DNA of 64,000 nucleotides from Chloroflexota bacterium (GTDB lineage: Bacteria > Chloroflexota > Limnocylindria > P2-11E), in contig VBDU01000034.1 of assembly GCA_005883625.1 (NCBI GenBank), forward strand, positions 4,160 to 68,159, written 5' to 3'. The notes beneath the pieces were generated by a model. It did no database searches. It was not told where the DNA came from and worked only from the letters and a program-made list of their open reading frames with translations. Below are positions 53,836-63,233 of this stretch, one piece after another. Within the stretch, counting starts at the first letter, position 1; each line of letters begins with the position of its first letter. Position numbers and translations under genes: made by a program.

Positions 53836-55218
53836 ATGACCATCGCCGCGGACGTCCTCGGTCTCGTCGGTCACACGCCCCTCGTGCGCCTCTCGCGGGT
53901 CGGCAAGGGGCTGCGGCCGACGATCGTCGCGAAGCTCGAGCACCTGAATCCCGGCGGCTCCGTCAAGGATCGGATCGGCCTTCTCATGATCGAGGACGCC
54001 GAGCGGCGCGGTCTCCTCAAGCCCGGCGGGACCATCGTCGAGCCGACGAGCGGCAACACCGGCGTCGGCCTCGCGATGGCCGCGGCGATCAAGGGCTACC
54101 GGCTCATCTGCACGATGGCCGACAAGCAGAGCCAGGAGAAGCGCGATCTCCTCCGCGCGTACGGCGCCGAGGTCGTCATCTGCCCGAGCGCGGTCCCACC
54201 GGAGTCGCCGGAGTCCTACTACAAGGTGGCCGAGCGCCTCGCCCGTGAGGCCCCCGGCGGGTTCTTGCCGAACCAGTACTACAACCCGATGAACCCCGAG
54301 GCCCACTACCGCACGACCGGCCCCGAGATCTGGGAGCAGACCGAGGGCAAGCTCACGCATCTCGTCGTCGGCGTGGGGACCGGCGGCACGGTGACCGGGG
54401 CGGGGAAGTACCTGAAGGAGCGGGACCCGAAGATCCAGATCGTCGGCGCCGACCCGCGGGGCTCCCTCTATACGGGCGACATCCATCCGTACAAGGTCGA
54501 GGGCATCGGAGAGGACTTCTATCCGGGGACGTTCGACCCGGCGCTCGTCGATCGCTGGGTCCGGGTGAGCGACCGCGACTCCTTCCTCACCGCACGGCGC
54601 GTGACGCGCGAGGAAGGCATCCTCATCGGCGGCTCGTCGGGCACGGCGATGTTCGCGGCGCTCGAGATCGCCAAGGAGCTCGACGAGCGCGCGCTCATCC
54701 TCGTGCTCTTCGCGGACTCGGGACGAAGCTATCTCTCGAAGATCTACAACGACGAGTGGATGCGGCAGAACGGCTTTCTCGGCTTCGTCGTGCCCGCGAC
54801 CGTGGGCGACGTCGTGAAGGATCGCGCGGGCACGCCCGAGCTCATCGTCGTGTCCAAGAGCGAGAGCGTGCGGAGCGCGATCGACACGATGCAGCGCTAC
54901 GGCATCTCGCAGATCCCCGTGACCGGCGACGGGCGTGCCGCCACGCTCACCGACATCGTCGGCAGCGTCCAGGAGAAGACGATGCTCGATCGCGTCTTCC
55001 GCGAGCCCGCCCTCGTCGACGAGCGTGTCGAGCGGGTCATGGAGGCGCCCTTCCCCGTGGTCCAGGCCACCGACGACATCGAGCGGCTGTACCAGGAGCT
55101 CTCCGGCGGCGCGCCGGCGCTGCTCGCCGCGCGCGACGATCGTCCGGTGTCGGTGATCACGAAGGCGGACCTGCTCGAGTTCGTCGCCCACCAGCGCCGC
55201 GCCACGCGCTCCCGCTAG
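53836..55218 (+). CDS. cbs: Cystathionine beta-synthase (PLP domain plus C-terminal tandem CBS domains).
   Basis: KLEHLNPGGSVKDR carries the PLP lysine, and TSGNTGVGLA is present. The C-terminus has a CBS pair (VVSKSESVRSAIDTMQRYGISQIPV...). Confidence 0.85.
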   Translation: MTIAADVLGLVGHTPLVRLSRVGKGLRPTIVAKLEHLNPGGSVKDRIGLLMIEDAERRGLLKPGGTIVEPTSGNTGVGLAMAAAIKGYRLICTMADKQSQEKRDLLRAYGAEVVICPSAVPPESPESYYKVAERLAREAPGGFLPNQYYNPMNPEAHYRTTGPEIWEQTEGKLTHLVVGVGTGGTVTGAGKYLKERDPKIQIVGADPRGSLYTGDIHPYKVEGIGEDFYPGTFDPALVDRWVRVSDRDSFLTARRVTREEGILIGGSSGTAMFAALEIAKELDERALILVLFADSGRSYLSKIYNDEWMRQNGFLGFVVPATVGDVVKDRAGTPELIVVSKSESVRSAIDTMQRYGISQIPVTGDGRAATLTDIVGSVQEKTMLDRVFREPALVDERVERVMEAPFPVVQATDDIERLYQELSGGAPALLAARDDRPVSVITKADLLEFVAHQRRATRSR

Positions 55219-55256
55219 CCGCTTCGGCCCCGCTGAGCCGGACATACTTGCGCGCG

Positions 55257-56405
55257 ATGGCCGACCGTCGTCGTAAGCCCGGATTCGAAACGCTCGCGAT
55301 CCACGCCGGGCAGGAGCCCGAGGCCGTGACCGGTGCGGTCGTCGTGCCGATCTTCCAGACCTCCACCTTCGCTCAGGAGGCCGTCGGCAAGCACACCGGC
55401 TACGACTACGCCCGCACCGCGAACCCGACCCGCACCGCGCTCGAGACCTGCCTGGCGGCGCTCGAAGGAGCCCGCTGGGGGCTCGCGTTCTCGTCCGGTA
55501 TGGCCGCGAGCGACGCCGTCGCGCACCTTCTCTCCGCCGGCGATCACGTCGTCATGGGCGACGACGTCTACGGCGGGACGTACCGCCTGTTCGCGCGCGT
55601 CTTCGATCGCCTCGGCGTCGCGCTCTCGCCGGTGGACATGCGCGAGCCCGCGCGCGCGCAGCGCGCGATGCGAAAGAAGACCAAGCTCGTCTGGATCGAG
55701 ACGCCCTCGAATCCGCTGCTCAAGGTGCTCGACATCGCCGCGCTGGCGGAGATCGCGCACAAGGGCGGCGCGCTCGCGCTGGTGGACAACACGTTCGCGA
55801 GCCCGTACCTGCAGCAGCCCCTGAAGCTCGGCGCCGACATCGCGTTGCACTCGACCACGAAGTACATCGGCGGTCATTCCGACGTCGTCGGCGGGGCACT
55901 CGTCGGCAACGAGCCAGAGCTGCGGTCCCGGCTCGCGTTCGTGCAGAACGCCGCGGGCGGCGTGCCCGGTCCGCTCGACGCGTGGCTCGTGCTGCGCGGC
56001 GCGAAGACGCTGGCCCTGCGCATGGAGCGCCACTCGGCGAACGCGCAGGCGGTCGCGATCTGGCTGCACGAGCATCCAAAGGTGCTCCGCGTCAACTATC
56101 CGGGTCTCGCCTCGCATCCCCACCACGACCTCGCGCGACGCCAGATGCGCGAGTTCGGCGGCATGGTGTCGTTCGAGCTCCGCGGCGGCGAGGCGGCGGC
56201 GAAGCGCATGGCCGCACGGACCGAGATCTTCACGCTCGGCGAATCGCTCGGCGGCGTGGAGTCGCTCATCGAGGTGCCGCTCCCCATGACGCACGCCTCG
56301 GTCCGCGGGACCAAGCTCGCGCCGCCGGCGGGCCTCGTGCGCCTCTCGGTCGGCATCGAGACGGTGGGCGACCTCATCGGCGACCTCGCGCAAGCCATCG
56401 GGTAG
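55257..56405 (+). CDS. Cystathionine gamma-lyase / gamma-synthase-family PLP enzyme.
   Basis: HSTTKYIGGHSDVVGGA carries the PLP lysine. YARTANPTRTALE is present. Confidence 0.85.
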   Translation: MADRRRKPGFETLAIHAGQEPEAVTGAVVVPIFQTSTFAQEAVGKHTGYDYARTANPTRTALETCLAALEGARWGLAFSSGMAASDAVAHLLSAGDHVVMGDDVYGGTYRLFARVFDRLGVALSPVDMREPARAQRAMRKKTKLVWIETPSNPLLKVLDIAALAEIAHKGGALALVDNTFASPYLQQPLKLGADIALHSTTKYIGGHSDVVGGALVGNEPELRSRLAFVQNAAGGVPGPLDAWLVLRGAKTLALRMERHSANAQAVAIWLHEHPKVLRVNYPGLASHPHHDLARRQMREFGGMVSFELRGGEAAAKRMAARTEIFTLGESLGGVESLIEVPLPMTHASVRGTKLAPPAGLVRLSVGIETVGDLIGDLAQAIG

Positions 56406-56932
56406 TGCCCATCCCGCTCGAGACCGAGCGTCTCCTCATCCGCCCCTACCGGGAGGGCGACGCGGTCGGGCTCCACGACCTCTTCAACTCGGCCGAGGTC
56501 ATGCGCTGGACGCCGAGCCCGCCGTCGAAGGATCTCGCCGAGACCGCGCAGCGGCTCGGGCGCACGATGGCCTTCACCGCGCGGCAGCCGCCGGGCCTGG
56601 GGCTCTGGGCGCTCGAGCTACGCGCGAACGGCGACTTCCTCGGCCAGGTCGGCCTCTTCCCCGTGGAAGGCAAGGGGCCGGAGGTCGAGGTCGCCTACGA
56701 GCTCGCGCCGCGCGCCTGGGGCAGGGGCTATGCGACGGAGGCCGCCCGGGCGCTCGTGGAGTACGGACTCCGCGAGCTCGGGCTCGCGCGGATCGTGGCG
56801 CTGATCCTCCCCGACAACGTCCGCTCGCGACACGTCGCCGAGAAGGCCGCGATGCGCCTCGCAGGGCCGGCGCGCCACTATGGCCTCGACCTCCTGAAGA
56901 CGCGATCGGCGCGGACTCGGGTCCTACGCTAG
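56405..56932 (+). CDS. GNAT-family N-acetyltransferase (RimJ/RimL-like).
   Basis: The GTG overlaps the CGL TAG (taGTG). Motif A-like LAPRAWGRGYATEAARALVEY is present. Confidence 0.7.
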   Translation: MPIPLETERLLIRPYREGDAVGLHDLFNSAEVMRWTPSPPSKDLAETAQRLGRTMAFTARQPPGLGLWALELRANGDFLGQVGLFPVEGKGPEVEVAYELAPRAWGRGYATEAARALVEYGLRELGLARIVALILPDNVRSRHVAEKAAMRLAGPARHYGLDLLKTRSARTRVLR

Positions 56933-56936
56933 CGAC

Positions 56937-57626
56937 GTGAACGTCGCGATCGCGTTCGGGGCGGGGATGCTCTCGTTCCTGTCGCCGTGCGTGCTCCCGC
57001 TCGTCCCCGCGTTCCTGGTCGACATGGCCGGCGAGGCGGCGCTCGCCGGCACGCAGCGCGCGCGCACGCTCTTGCACGCCTCCGCGTTCGTGGTCGGTTT
57101 CTCCGTGGTCTTCACGCTCCTCTGGGTGGCGGTCGCGCTCGCGGGCGCGCTCGCCGGCGAGCTCGTCGTCTGGCTCCAGCGGCTCGGCGGGCTCCTCCTC
57201 GTCGTCCTTGGGATGCAGATGCTCGGGCTCATCCGCATCCCGCTCCTTGCGCGCGAGCTCGATCTGCGGCTCGAGGGCGGCACGACGGGGCTGGCACGGA
57301 GCTTCCTCATCGGGATCGCGTTCGGCGTGGGGTTCACGCCCTGCGTCGGACCCTACCTCGCGCTGATCCTCAACCTGCTGCTCAACGCGGACCTCGGCTC
57401 CGGCGCGGTCCTCCTCCTCGCGTACGCGCTCGGTCTCGGCGTCCCGTTCCTGCTCATCGCCGGCGGCCTGGGCGGCGCGCGCCGCGCGGTGCGTTTCCTC
57501 GCCCAGCACCTGCGGGTCGTGAACGCGGTCGGCGGTACGCTCGTCATCGTGATGGGTCTGGTCATCGCCTCCGGGCAGTTCGCGAAGCTGCCCCAGCTCT
57601 TCAACTTCCTGCCGCTCCTTGGGTGA
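56937..57626 (+). CDS. ccdA: Cytochrome c-type biogenesis / thiol-disulfide electron-transfer membrane protein (DsbD-beta/CcdA family).
   Basis: Two conserved Cys sit in TM1 and TM4 (LSFLSPCVLPLVPAFL, FTPCVGPYLALI). Confidence 0.85.
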   Translation: MNVAIAFGAGMLSFLSPCVLPLVPAFLVDMAGEAALAGTQRARTLLHASAFVVGFSVVFTLLWVAVALAGALAGELVVWLQRLGGLLLVVLGMQMLGLIRIPLLARELDLRLEGGTTGLARSFLIGIAFGVGFTPCVGPYLALILNLLLNADLGSGAVLLLAYALGLGVPFLLIAGGLGGARRAVRFLAQHLRVVNAVGGTLVIVMGLVIASGQFAKLPQLFNFLPLLG

Positions 57627-58248
57627 GCAGATCGGGGGGCACCGCCCCCCGGCCCCCGCCGCGGCACTGCCCTCCGTCGCGCTGCCGCGCTGGATCGCGG
57701 CGATCTTCATCGGCGCGATCGCCCTCGCTTCGCTGACCGCGCTCGTCTGGCCGTCGCTGCCGTTCACGCGACCCGGCGCCGGCGACGGTGACGTCCCGGT
57801 CATCGCCGCACAGATCGAGGACGCCGCCGCCGCGGGTCGGGTCGGCGCGCCCGCTCCGAATTTCACATGGAGCGGCTCGGGGGGATCGACGCGCCTGTCG
57901 GATCTTCGCGGCGGGGTCGTGATCGTGAACTTCTGGGCGACCTGGTGCGTGCCGTGCCGCCAGGAGATGCCCGCCCTCGATCGCATCGCGCGCAGCGAGC
58001 CGGACGTGACGGTGGTCGAGGTCGACCTCCAGGAGTCGGGCGACAAGGTCCGCTCCTTCATCGATCAGCTCGGGCTCGACCGGCTCGTGCCGGTGCTCGA
58101 CACTGACGGCGCGACGACGCGCCGCTTCGGCGTCCTCAGCCTGCCGAGCACCTTCTTCATCGACCGCGACGGCCTCATCCGGCACGTCGAGCTGGGCGGC
58201 CCGCTCTCCGATGCGCAGATCCGGCAGGGCCTGGCGAAGGCGCGCTGA
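57619..58248 (+). CDS. Membrane-anchored thioredoxin-like thiol-disulfide oxidoreductase (TlpA/ResA family).
   Basis: WATWCVPC is a CxxC motif in a thioredoxin fold. An N-terminal TM is present. The TTG start overlaps ccdA by 8 nt. Confidence 0.8.
   Translation: MGEQIGGHRPPAPAAALPSVALPRWIAAIFIGAIALASLTALVWPSLPFTRPGAGDGDVPVIAAQIEDAAAAGRVGAPAPNFTWSGSGGSTRLSDLRGGVVIVNFWATWCVPCRQEMPALDRIARSEPDVTVVEVDLQESGDKVRSFIDQLGLDRLVPVLDTDGATTRRFGVLSLPSTFFIDRDGLIRHVELGGPLSDAQIRQGLAKAR
57634..57657. repeat. REP-like hairpin GGGGGGC-ACC-GCCCCCC-GGCCCCC at the ccdA/tlpA junction.
   Basis: Read directly. Confidence 0.55.
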
Positions 58249-58255
58249 ACAGGTC

Positions 58256-58377
58256 GGGGGCTCTGCCCCCCGGCCCCCGAAGCCCGGCCCCGAAGCCCGG
58301 CGCCCCAAGGGCGAAACGTCGCCGAGCGAACGTTCCGGGGGTAGCGCGGTTGGTCGTCTGCCGGCCCCCGGCCCCCC
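58256..58377. repeat. REP-like element cluster.
   Basis: GGGGGC-TCT-GCCCCC-C-GGCCCCC (58256-58278), a tandem GAAGCCCGGC(C)CC x2 (58279-58306), and CCGGCCCCCGGCCCCCC (58361-58377) lie downstream of tlpA. Confidence 0.55.
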
Positions 58378-58388
58378 AGGCTTCCGGC

Positions 58389-58595
58389 ATGAGCTGGGAG
58401 GACACGTTCAACGTGGACCGCATCCGCGAGCACTTCCGCCCGCACGGCTCCCCGTACACGGCGGAGGAGGCGAGCCGCAAGCGCTCGAAGCGCCTGCGCT
58501 ACTTCCTCACGGTCTGGGGCGCCATGCACTGGGGGGAGCGCGTCGAATGGCGCCGTCGCCTCGGCCTGCCGCGCCGGGGGAACATCGCCCTCTAG
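58389..58595 (+). CDS. Small hypothetical protein (68 aa).
   Basis: MSWEDTFNVDRIREHFRPHGSPYTAEEASRKRSKRLRYFLTVWGAMHWGERVEWRRRLGLPRRGNIAL has plausible composition. Confidence 0.4.
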   Translation: MSWEDTFNVDRIREHFRPHGSPYTAEEASRKRSKRLRYFLTVWGAMHWGERVEWRRRLGLPRRGNIAL

Positions 58596-58644
58596 ACGTC
58601 GCTCGCTAGCATCCCTCTGACCGCTTTCAGGGGGAGGACAGCAG

Positions 58645-59037
58645 ATGGCGACAGAGCTCACGGTGAAGCTGCCGAATCGCACGGGCCAGCTCGCGGCCGT
58701 CGCGGGAGCGCTCGGCGATGCCGGCGTGAACATCCGCAGCCTCGCGGCGACGACCGGCGGCGGGCAGGGCACCGTCCATATCCTCGTCGACGACAAGGAC
58801 GCGGGGAAAGCGCGACGAGCCCTCAAGAAGAAGAAGTACCGGATCTCCGGCGACCGCAAGGTCGTCGAGGTCCGGCTCGCCAACAAGCCGGGGACGCTCG
58901 CCCGCGCCGCGGCGCGGCTCGGAAAGGCGCGCGTCAACATCGACTCCGCGTACATGAGCGGGCAGGGCAAGCGCAGCACGTCGCTCGCCCTCGGCGTGAA
59001 GAACGCCAGCGCGGCGAAGAAGGCGCTCGGCCGCTAA
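58645..59037 (+). CDS. ACT-domain protein (two ACT-like halves).
   Basis: The halves are TVKLPNRTGQLAAVAGALGDAGVNIRSL and VVEVRLANKPGTLARAAARLGKARVNIDSAY. GGGGGAGGA precedes the ATG. Confidence 0.65.
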   Translation: MATELTVKLPNRTGQLAAVAGALGDAGVNIRSLAATTGGGQGTVHILVDDKDAGKARRALKKKKYRISGDRKVVEVRLANKPGTLARAAARLGKARVNIDSAYMSGQGKRSTSLALGVKNASAAKKALGR

Positions 59038-59124
59038 GCGGTACCGCGGTACTAGCCGGACCGACCATCGCGCCCTCGTAGCGCGCGAGCGAGCCTCCCG
59101 CCAACACGTGCGGGAGGTCTCGCA

Positions 59125-59292
59125 ATGCGGCTACGGCGCTTCTTACGCGCGTCGGACGGTCTCGCGACGATCGAGTACGTCATCGGCGCGGCGGTCGTGC
59201 TCGGCACGCTCGTCATCGGCGTGTCCGCGTGGAACAACGGTCTTGTCTCGCGGCTCCAAGCGCTCGTCACCCAGATGCAGGCGGTACGTTGA
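59125..59292 (+). CDS. flp: Flp-family type IVb pilin (Tad pilus major subunit).
   Basis: 55 aa. MRLRRFLRASDGLATIEYVIGAAVVLGTLVIGV carries the G/ATIEY Flp prepilin processing motif. GGGAGG lies 8 nt upstream. Confidence 0.8.
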   Translation: MRLRRFLRASDGLATIEYVIGAAVVLGTLVIGVSAWNNGLVSRLQALVTQMQAVR

Positions 59293-59711
59293 AGGGGCTT
59301 CGCCCCCTCAGACCCCCGCGCGTTGCCCAGCTCGACGACCGGGGCCTCGCGACTCTCGAGACGACCCTCGCGATCGTCGTGCTCGTGCCGATCCTCTTCT
59401 CGATCCTCGAGTTCGGCGCCGCGCTCGAGCGCTGGCTCGGCCAGGATGCGGTCGCGGTGCAGGCCGCGCGATATGCCGGCGAGGTCGGCGGGGATCGGCC
59501 CGAGGTCCGCGCGCTCATCGGCGACCAGCTTCGTCTCTCGGGCATCGATCCCGCGCGCGTGAGCGTCTCGATCGTCCCTCCGACGGTCGGCTGGCGCGAG
59601 CCGGTCCAGGTCTCGCTTGTCTCCGACTATCCGATCGCGATCCCGTTCCTCTTCTCGACGACGCTGCCGCTGCGCTCGAGCGCGATCTCACGCGGCGAGG
59701 TGAACCGATGA
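59289..59711 (+). CDS. tadE: TadE/TadG-like pilus assembly (pseudopilin) protein.
   Basis: DDRGLATLETTLAIVVLVPILFSILEFGAALERW is the TadE-like N-terminal motif. The TTG start overlaps the flp TGA. The GGGGC-TTC-GCCCC hairpin lies at codons 2-7. Confidence 0.7.
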   Translation: MKGLRPLRPPRVAQLDDRGLATLETTLAIVVLVPILFSILEFGAALERWLGQDAVAVQAARYAGEVGGDRPEVRALIGDQLRLSGIDPARVSVSIVPPTVGWREPVQVSLVSDYPIAIPFLFSTTLPLRSSAISRGEVNR

Positions 59712-60193
59712 AGCTCCTGCACGACGACGCCGGAAGCGTCGCGCTCACGACCATCGCGCTCCTTCCGCTCTTCCTCGTGGTCCTCGCCGGGGTGTTGCAG
59801 CTGGGCGCGCTCCGTGTGTCGGCGGCCCGCGTGCGCGCCGCGGCCGATCTGGCCGCGCTCGTGGCCGTGAACGATCAGGACGACGCCGAGCTCGCGCGGA
59901 CCGGGACGCTCCGACTCGCGGCCGACGCCGCGGACGTCGCACGCGACTTCTTCGCGCGCAATCTCGATCTCTCGCCGTCCCTCCTTGCGTCCTCAGCGAC
60001 AGACGTCGCCCGCGCCGCGGACGTCGCCGCGTTTGCCACGGCGCCGTCCGTCGACCCGCGGACCGGTGCGCGCTACGACCGTCCCGCGGTTCGGATCGCC
60101 GCCAGCGTGCCGCTCCGAACCCCGGTCCTCGGCGCGCTCGTCTTCCAACCGGTGACGACGGTGAGCGTGCTCGCGGTGAGCTCGCCGCGATGA
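59708..60193 (+). CDS. Second TadE/TadG-like pseudopilin.
   Basis: HDDAGSVALTTIALLPLFLVVLAGVLQLG. The start overlaps the previous stop (ATGA). Confidence 0.65.
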   Translation: MKLLHDDAGSVALTTIALLPLFLVVLAGVLQLGALRVSAARVRAAADLAALVAVNDQDDAELARTGTLRLAADAADVARDFFARNLDLSPSLLASSATDVARAADVAAFATAPSVDPRTGARYDRPAVRIAASVPLRTPVLGALVFQPVTTVSVLAVSSPR

Positions 60194-61242
60194 GCAGGCG
60201 CCGCACGCTCGCCCTCGCGATCCTCGTCACGCTCGCCCTCGCGCGTCCCGCGGCGGCCTGGGACCCCGAGGCGTGGGATCCCGGCGCCGACCCGGCCTCC
60301 GATCCCGAGCCCCAGACGGCCGACGCCGCCGCGCCGGCGGAGGGCGGTGAGCCCGCGGGCGCCGACGTCACGGGAGGCGATACGTTCGTCGTCCCGGACG
60401 GGCTGTACTCGGTCACCGACGTGTATGCGGGCGACATCGTCACGCACGACGGTCCGCTCACGACCTACGAGACCGCGACCGTGCACGAGTCGCCGGGGAC
60501 CTACGCGCGCGCCCTCGAGACGGTCGGCAGCGGCGATGCGAGCCGCTTCGACGGCGCGGCCTTCAACGGCAGGGCGTCGCTCAGCGACGGCCGGCCGGTC
60601 GCGGGTACCTACTACGAGACGTTCATCAAGACGGATAGCGGCTACGTGAGCGTCAGCGTCGTCTTCTTCCAGGACGACGCCGAGCTCGCGAGGCAGCGTG
60701 CGGGCGCCGGCGCCGGCAGCGCACCGCCGGCCGAGCCCGCGCCGGCGGCGCCGAGCACCGGGCCAAGCGAGGCGATCGACGCCGAGCCGCCGTCCGCGTC
60801 GCCGAGCGAGCCGATCCTGCCGTCTCCGCCTGAATTGCGGGACCGACCGGATGCGCCGGGCGCGATGCGGCGCATCGTCGGCCCTCCACCCGTCTCGCCA
60901 GGTCGCGGGATCGTCACGCTGCGCCCTGTCGGTGCCCCGATCACCACGCTCGAAGTCCTTCGTGGGCGAACGGTCGCGCTCTGGCTCCACGCGTATGCGG
61001 GCGACGTCGAGGTGCCGGTCCGTTCGTGGTCGGTCGTCGCCGGGGATCCCGGCGATGCGGTGGCCCTCTCGGGAAGCGGCGCCGAGCCGTTCGTGACGTC
61101 GTGGGACCGGCTGATGCCGCCGGGCGCGGCGAACGTGCTCCGGTTCTCCCTTGTCGCACGGGGCGAGCCCCCTTCCACCCCCCGGACGAACGTCGACGCC
61201 GCCGTAGAGATCGTCGTGCGGTCTCCCGCGCTCACGGCGTGA
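60190..61242 (+). CDS. Secreted Pro/Ala-rich protein of unknown function within the tad locus.
   Basis: Signal peptide MSRRRTLALAILVTLALARPAAAW. The central linker is low-complexity and Pro-rich. ATGA overlap with the upstream gene. Confidence 0.5.
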   Translation: MSRRRTLALAILVTLALARPAAAWDPEAWDPGADPASDPEPQTADAAAPAEGGEPAGADVTGGDTFVVPDGLYSVTDVYAGDIVTHDGPLTTYETATVHESPGTYARALETVGSGDASRFDGAAFNGRASLSDGRPVAGTYYETFIKTDSGYVSVSVVFFQDDAELARQRAGAGAGSAPPAEPAPAAPSTGPSEAIDAEPPSASPSEPILPSPPELRDRPDAPGAMRRIVGPPPVSPGRGIVTLRPVGAPITTLEVLRGRTVALWLHAYAGDVEVPVRSWSVVAGDPGDAVALSGSGAEPFVTSWDRLMPPGAANVLRFSLVARGEPPSTPRTNVDAAVEIVVRSPALTA

Positions 61243-61883
61243 TCGGACAACGCGGCCTCGTCGCCCTGGCCCTCGCGGCCGGCGCGCTCGCCGGAATCCT
61301 CTACTACGCGGGGGCGCGGCGAACGACGGTGATCGTTGCGGCGCGCGACCTGGACGCGACGCACGCGCTCGCCGTCGACGATCTCACGACGCGGGAGCTT
61401 CCCACGGATGCGATACCCGCGGACGCGGTCACCGAGCTCGCGAAGGCGGTGGGGCGCACGCCGCGCGCGCCGCTGTGGCGGGGGCAGCTCCTCATCGCGA
61501 CCGCGCTCGCGGACTTCCCGGCGGCGTTCCACACCGGCCTGACACTCCCGTCGGGCTTGCGAGCGGTCGCGCTGCCGGTCTCCGCCGCGCAAGCCGTCGG
61601 CGGTGCGCTCGTCCCGGGCGCGCGCGTCGACGTCCTCGCCGTCCCCCTCCTCGGCCGGGCACCGGCGGGCCGTACGACCGAGCTCCTCGCCCAGAGCGCG
61701 CTCGTCCTCGACGTGCGCGCGGAGACCGGCGCACCGTACGGGGCGACGGCCGGCAGGACCGGGCTCGTCACCGCCGAGCGTATCGGCAGCGTCGTCGTCG
61801 CGATCGCCCCGACCGAGGAGCTGCGGTTCGCGGACCGGATCGCGACGAGCACGTTCGTCCTCGCCGCCATCAGCGCCGGCTAG
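61239..61883 (+). CDS. cpaB: Flp pilus assembly protein CpaB/RcpC-like (SAF domain).
   Basis: An N-terminal TM is followed by TTVIVAARDLDATHALAVDDLTTRELP (SAF-like). The GTG overlaps the upstream TGA. Confidence 0.65.
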   Translation: MIGQRGLVALALAAGALAGILYYAGARRTTVIVAARDLDATHALAVDDLTTRELPTDAIPADAVTELAKAVGRTPRAPLWRGQLLIATALADFPAAFHTGLTLPSGLRAVALPVSAAQAVGGALVPGARVDVLAVPLLGRAPAGRTTELLAQSALVLDVRAETGAPYGATAGRTGLVTAERIGSVVVAIAPTEELRFADRIATSTFVLAAISAG

Positions 61884-62440
61884 TGGCGGTGCTGCGGCTC
61901 GAGCGGCTCGCCGCGGGCGGCATCGACGACGCCATCGCGGCGCTCGGGGCGATCGTGCTCGCGCGGTATCGCGACGGCTCGTTCGCGGAGGTCGATGACG
62001 CCCGCGTCGACGCGACGGTCCGCGCGTTCGCTTTCGCCGGCGTGCGCGCGAGCGCGGCCGCCGTCGTGCTCGCGCCGCCCGCGGGGACGCGCGTCGCGAT
62101 CGGTCGGGACCTCGCGGCGCTCGCGTACGACCTCGTGGCGCTCGACACGGTGCACGTCCGCACGCTGCCGCTCGGGCCGGAGACGCGCCGCCTGCTCCGG
62201 ACCTGGCCGTGGCGCCGTCCCGCCGCGGCGCGGCGCGCCCGCTGCCGCGACCTTCTCCGCGGCGAGGACGCGATCCTGGGCTGGCGCCGCCGCGCCTGGG
62301 CCGCGACCGGCGTCCTGCGCGCGGCGGAGGTGCGCCGCGTCCTGCGACCGGTGGTGTTCGACCACGCGGCGATCGGCACGCCCCCCGAGCGGCGGACCTT
62401 CGCTCGCGAGCGCGCGCTCGGCGCGTGGCTGTTCGCATGA
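61883..62440 (+). CDS. Hypothetical protein; possibly the separated N-terminal (receiver-like) part of TadZ/CpaE.
   Basis: 185 aa. Its size plus the next ORF equals a typical TadZ. taGTG overlap upstream and ATGA overlap downstream. Confidence 0.4.
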   Translation: MAVLRLERLAAGGIDDAIAALGAIVLARYRDGSFAEVDDARVDATVRAFAFAGVRASAAAVVLAPPAGTRVAIGRDLAALAYDLVALDTVHVRTLPLGPETRRLLRTWPWRRPAAARRARCRDLLRGEDAILGWRRRAWAATGVLRAAEVRRVLRPVVFDHAAIGTPPERRTFARERALGAWLFA

Positions 62441-63210
62441 GCCGGGTGCGGGCCTGGCTCGACGCGTCGCCGCTCGCCGCGCTCGGGCTCGCGCTCATGC
62501 GCGAGGCGACCGGCCAGGTCGAGCCGCTCGCGCCGCTCGTGCCGACGCGGCCGGCCGCGCTGCGGCGGGGAAAGCGCATCGCGTTCTGGTCTCTCGCCGC
62601 CGGCGGGGGGGCGAGCACGGTCGCGGCGCTGCTCGCCCATCGTTCGGCCGCGGGCGGCGAGGCGCCGCTCCTGGTGGACCTCGATCGCTGGGCGCCGTCG
62701 CTGGCGCTCCGCGCGGGCCTGTCCGCGGCGACGATCGTCGATGCGCTCGTGCAGCCCGGCCGCGAGCGCGAGCTCGTCTCGCGCTGGTCGGCCGTGCCGT
62801 TCCTCCCGGGCTCGCCGTCGTTCCACGCGAGCTTCGATGCCGCGCGGGTGTGCGCGCTGCTCGAGACGGTGGCCGAGGGTCGCGCGCTCGTGGCCGACCT
62901 CGGCGCGGGCGCGGACGCGCTGGAGCACGAGCTCCTCGCGACGCTCGATCGGCTCTGCGTCGTGAGCGGCACGCACACGGCCCAGCTCCAGGCGCTCTTC
63001 TGCGCCGTGCCGCTCCTCGAACGCGCGCCGTGCGCCGTCGGGCTCGTCGTCACGGCCGCGGACCCCGAGGACGCGGCGCGGATCGCGGGACGGGTCGGCT
63101 TCCCGCTGCTCGCCGCGATCCCTTCGGATCCGTACCTGGCGACCGACGACTTCGCCGCGCGGGCGCCGACCCTCCGCGCGGTCGACGAGCTGCTCAGATC
63201 GCTCCACTGA
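62437..63210 (+). CDS. tadZ: TadZ/CpaE-like ParA/MinD-family ATPase domain protein with a degenerate P-loop.
   Basis: KRIAFWSLAAGGGASTVAALLA is a deviant Walker A in MinD-like topology. Confidence 0.6.
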   Translation: MSRVRAWLDASPLAALGLALMREATGQVEPLAPLVPTRPAALRRGKRIAFWSLAAGGGASTVAALLAHRSAAGGEAPLLVDLDRWAPSLALRAGLSAATIVDALVQPGRERELVSRWSAVPFLPGSPSFHASFDAARVCALLETVAEGRALVADLGAGADALEHELLATLDRLCVVSGTHTAQLQALFCAVPLLERAPCAVGLVVTAADPEDAARIAGRVGFPLLAAIPSDPYLATDDFAARAPTLRAVDELLRSLH

Positions 63211-63233
63211 TCGACGCGAGCCTTCTCGCACGC

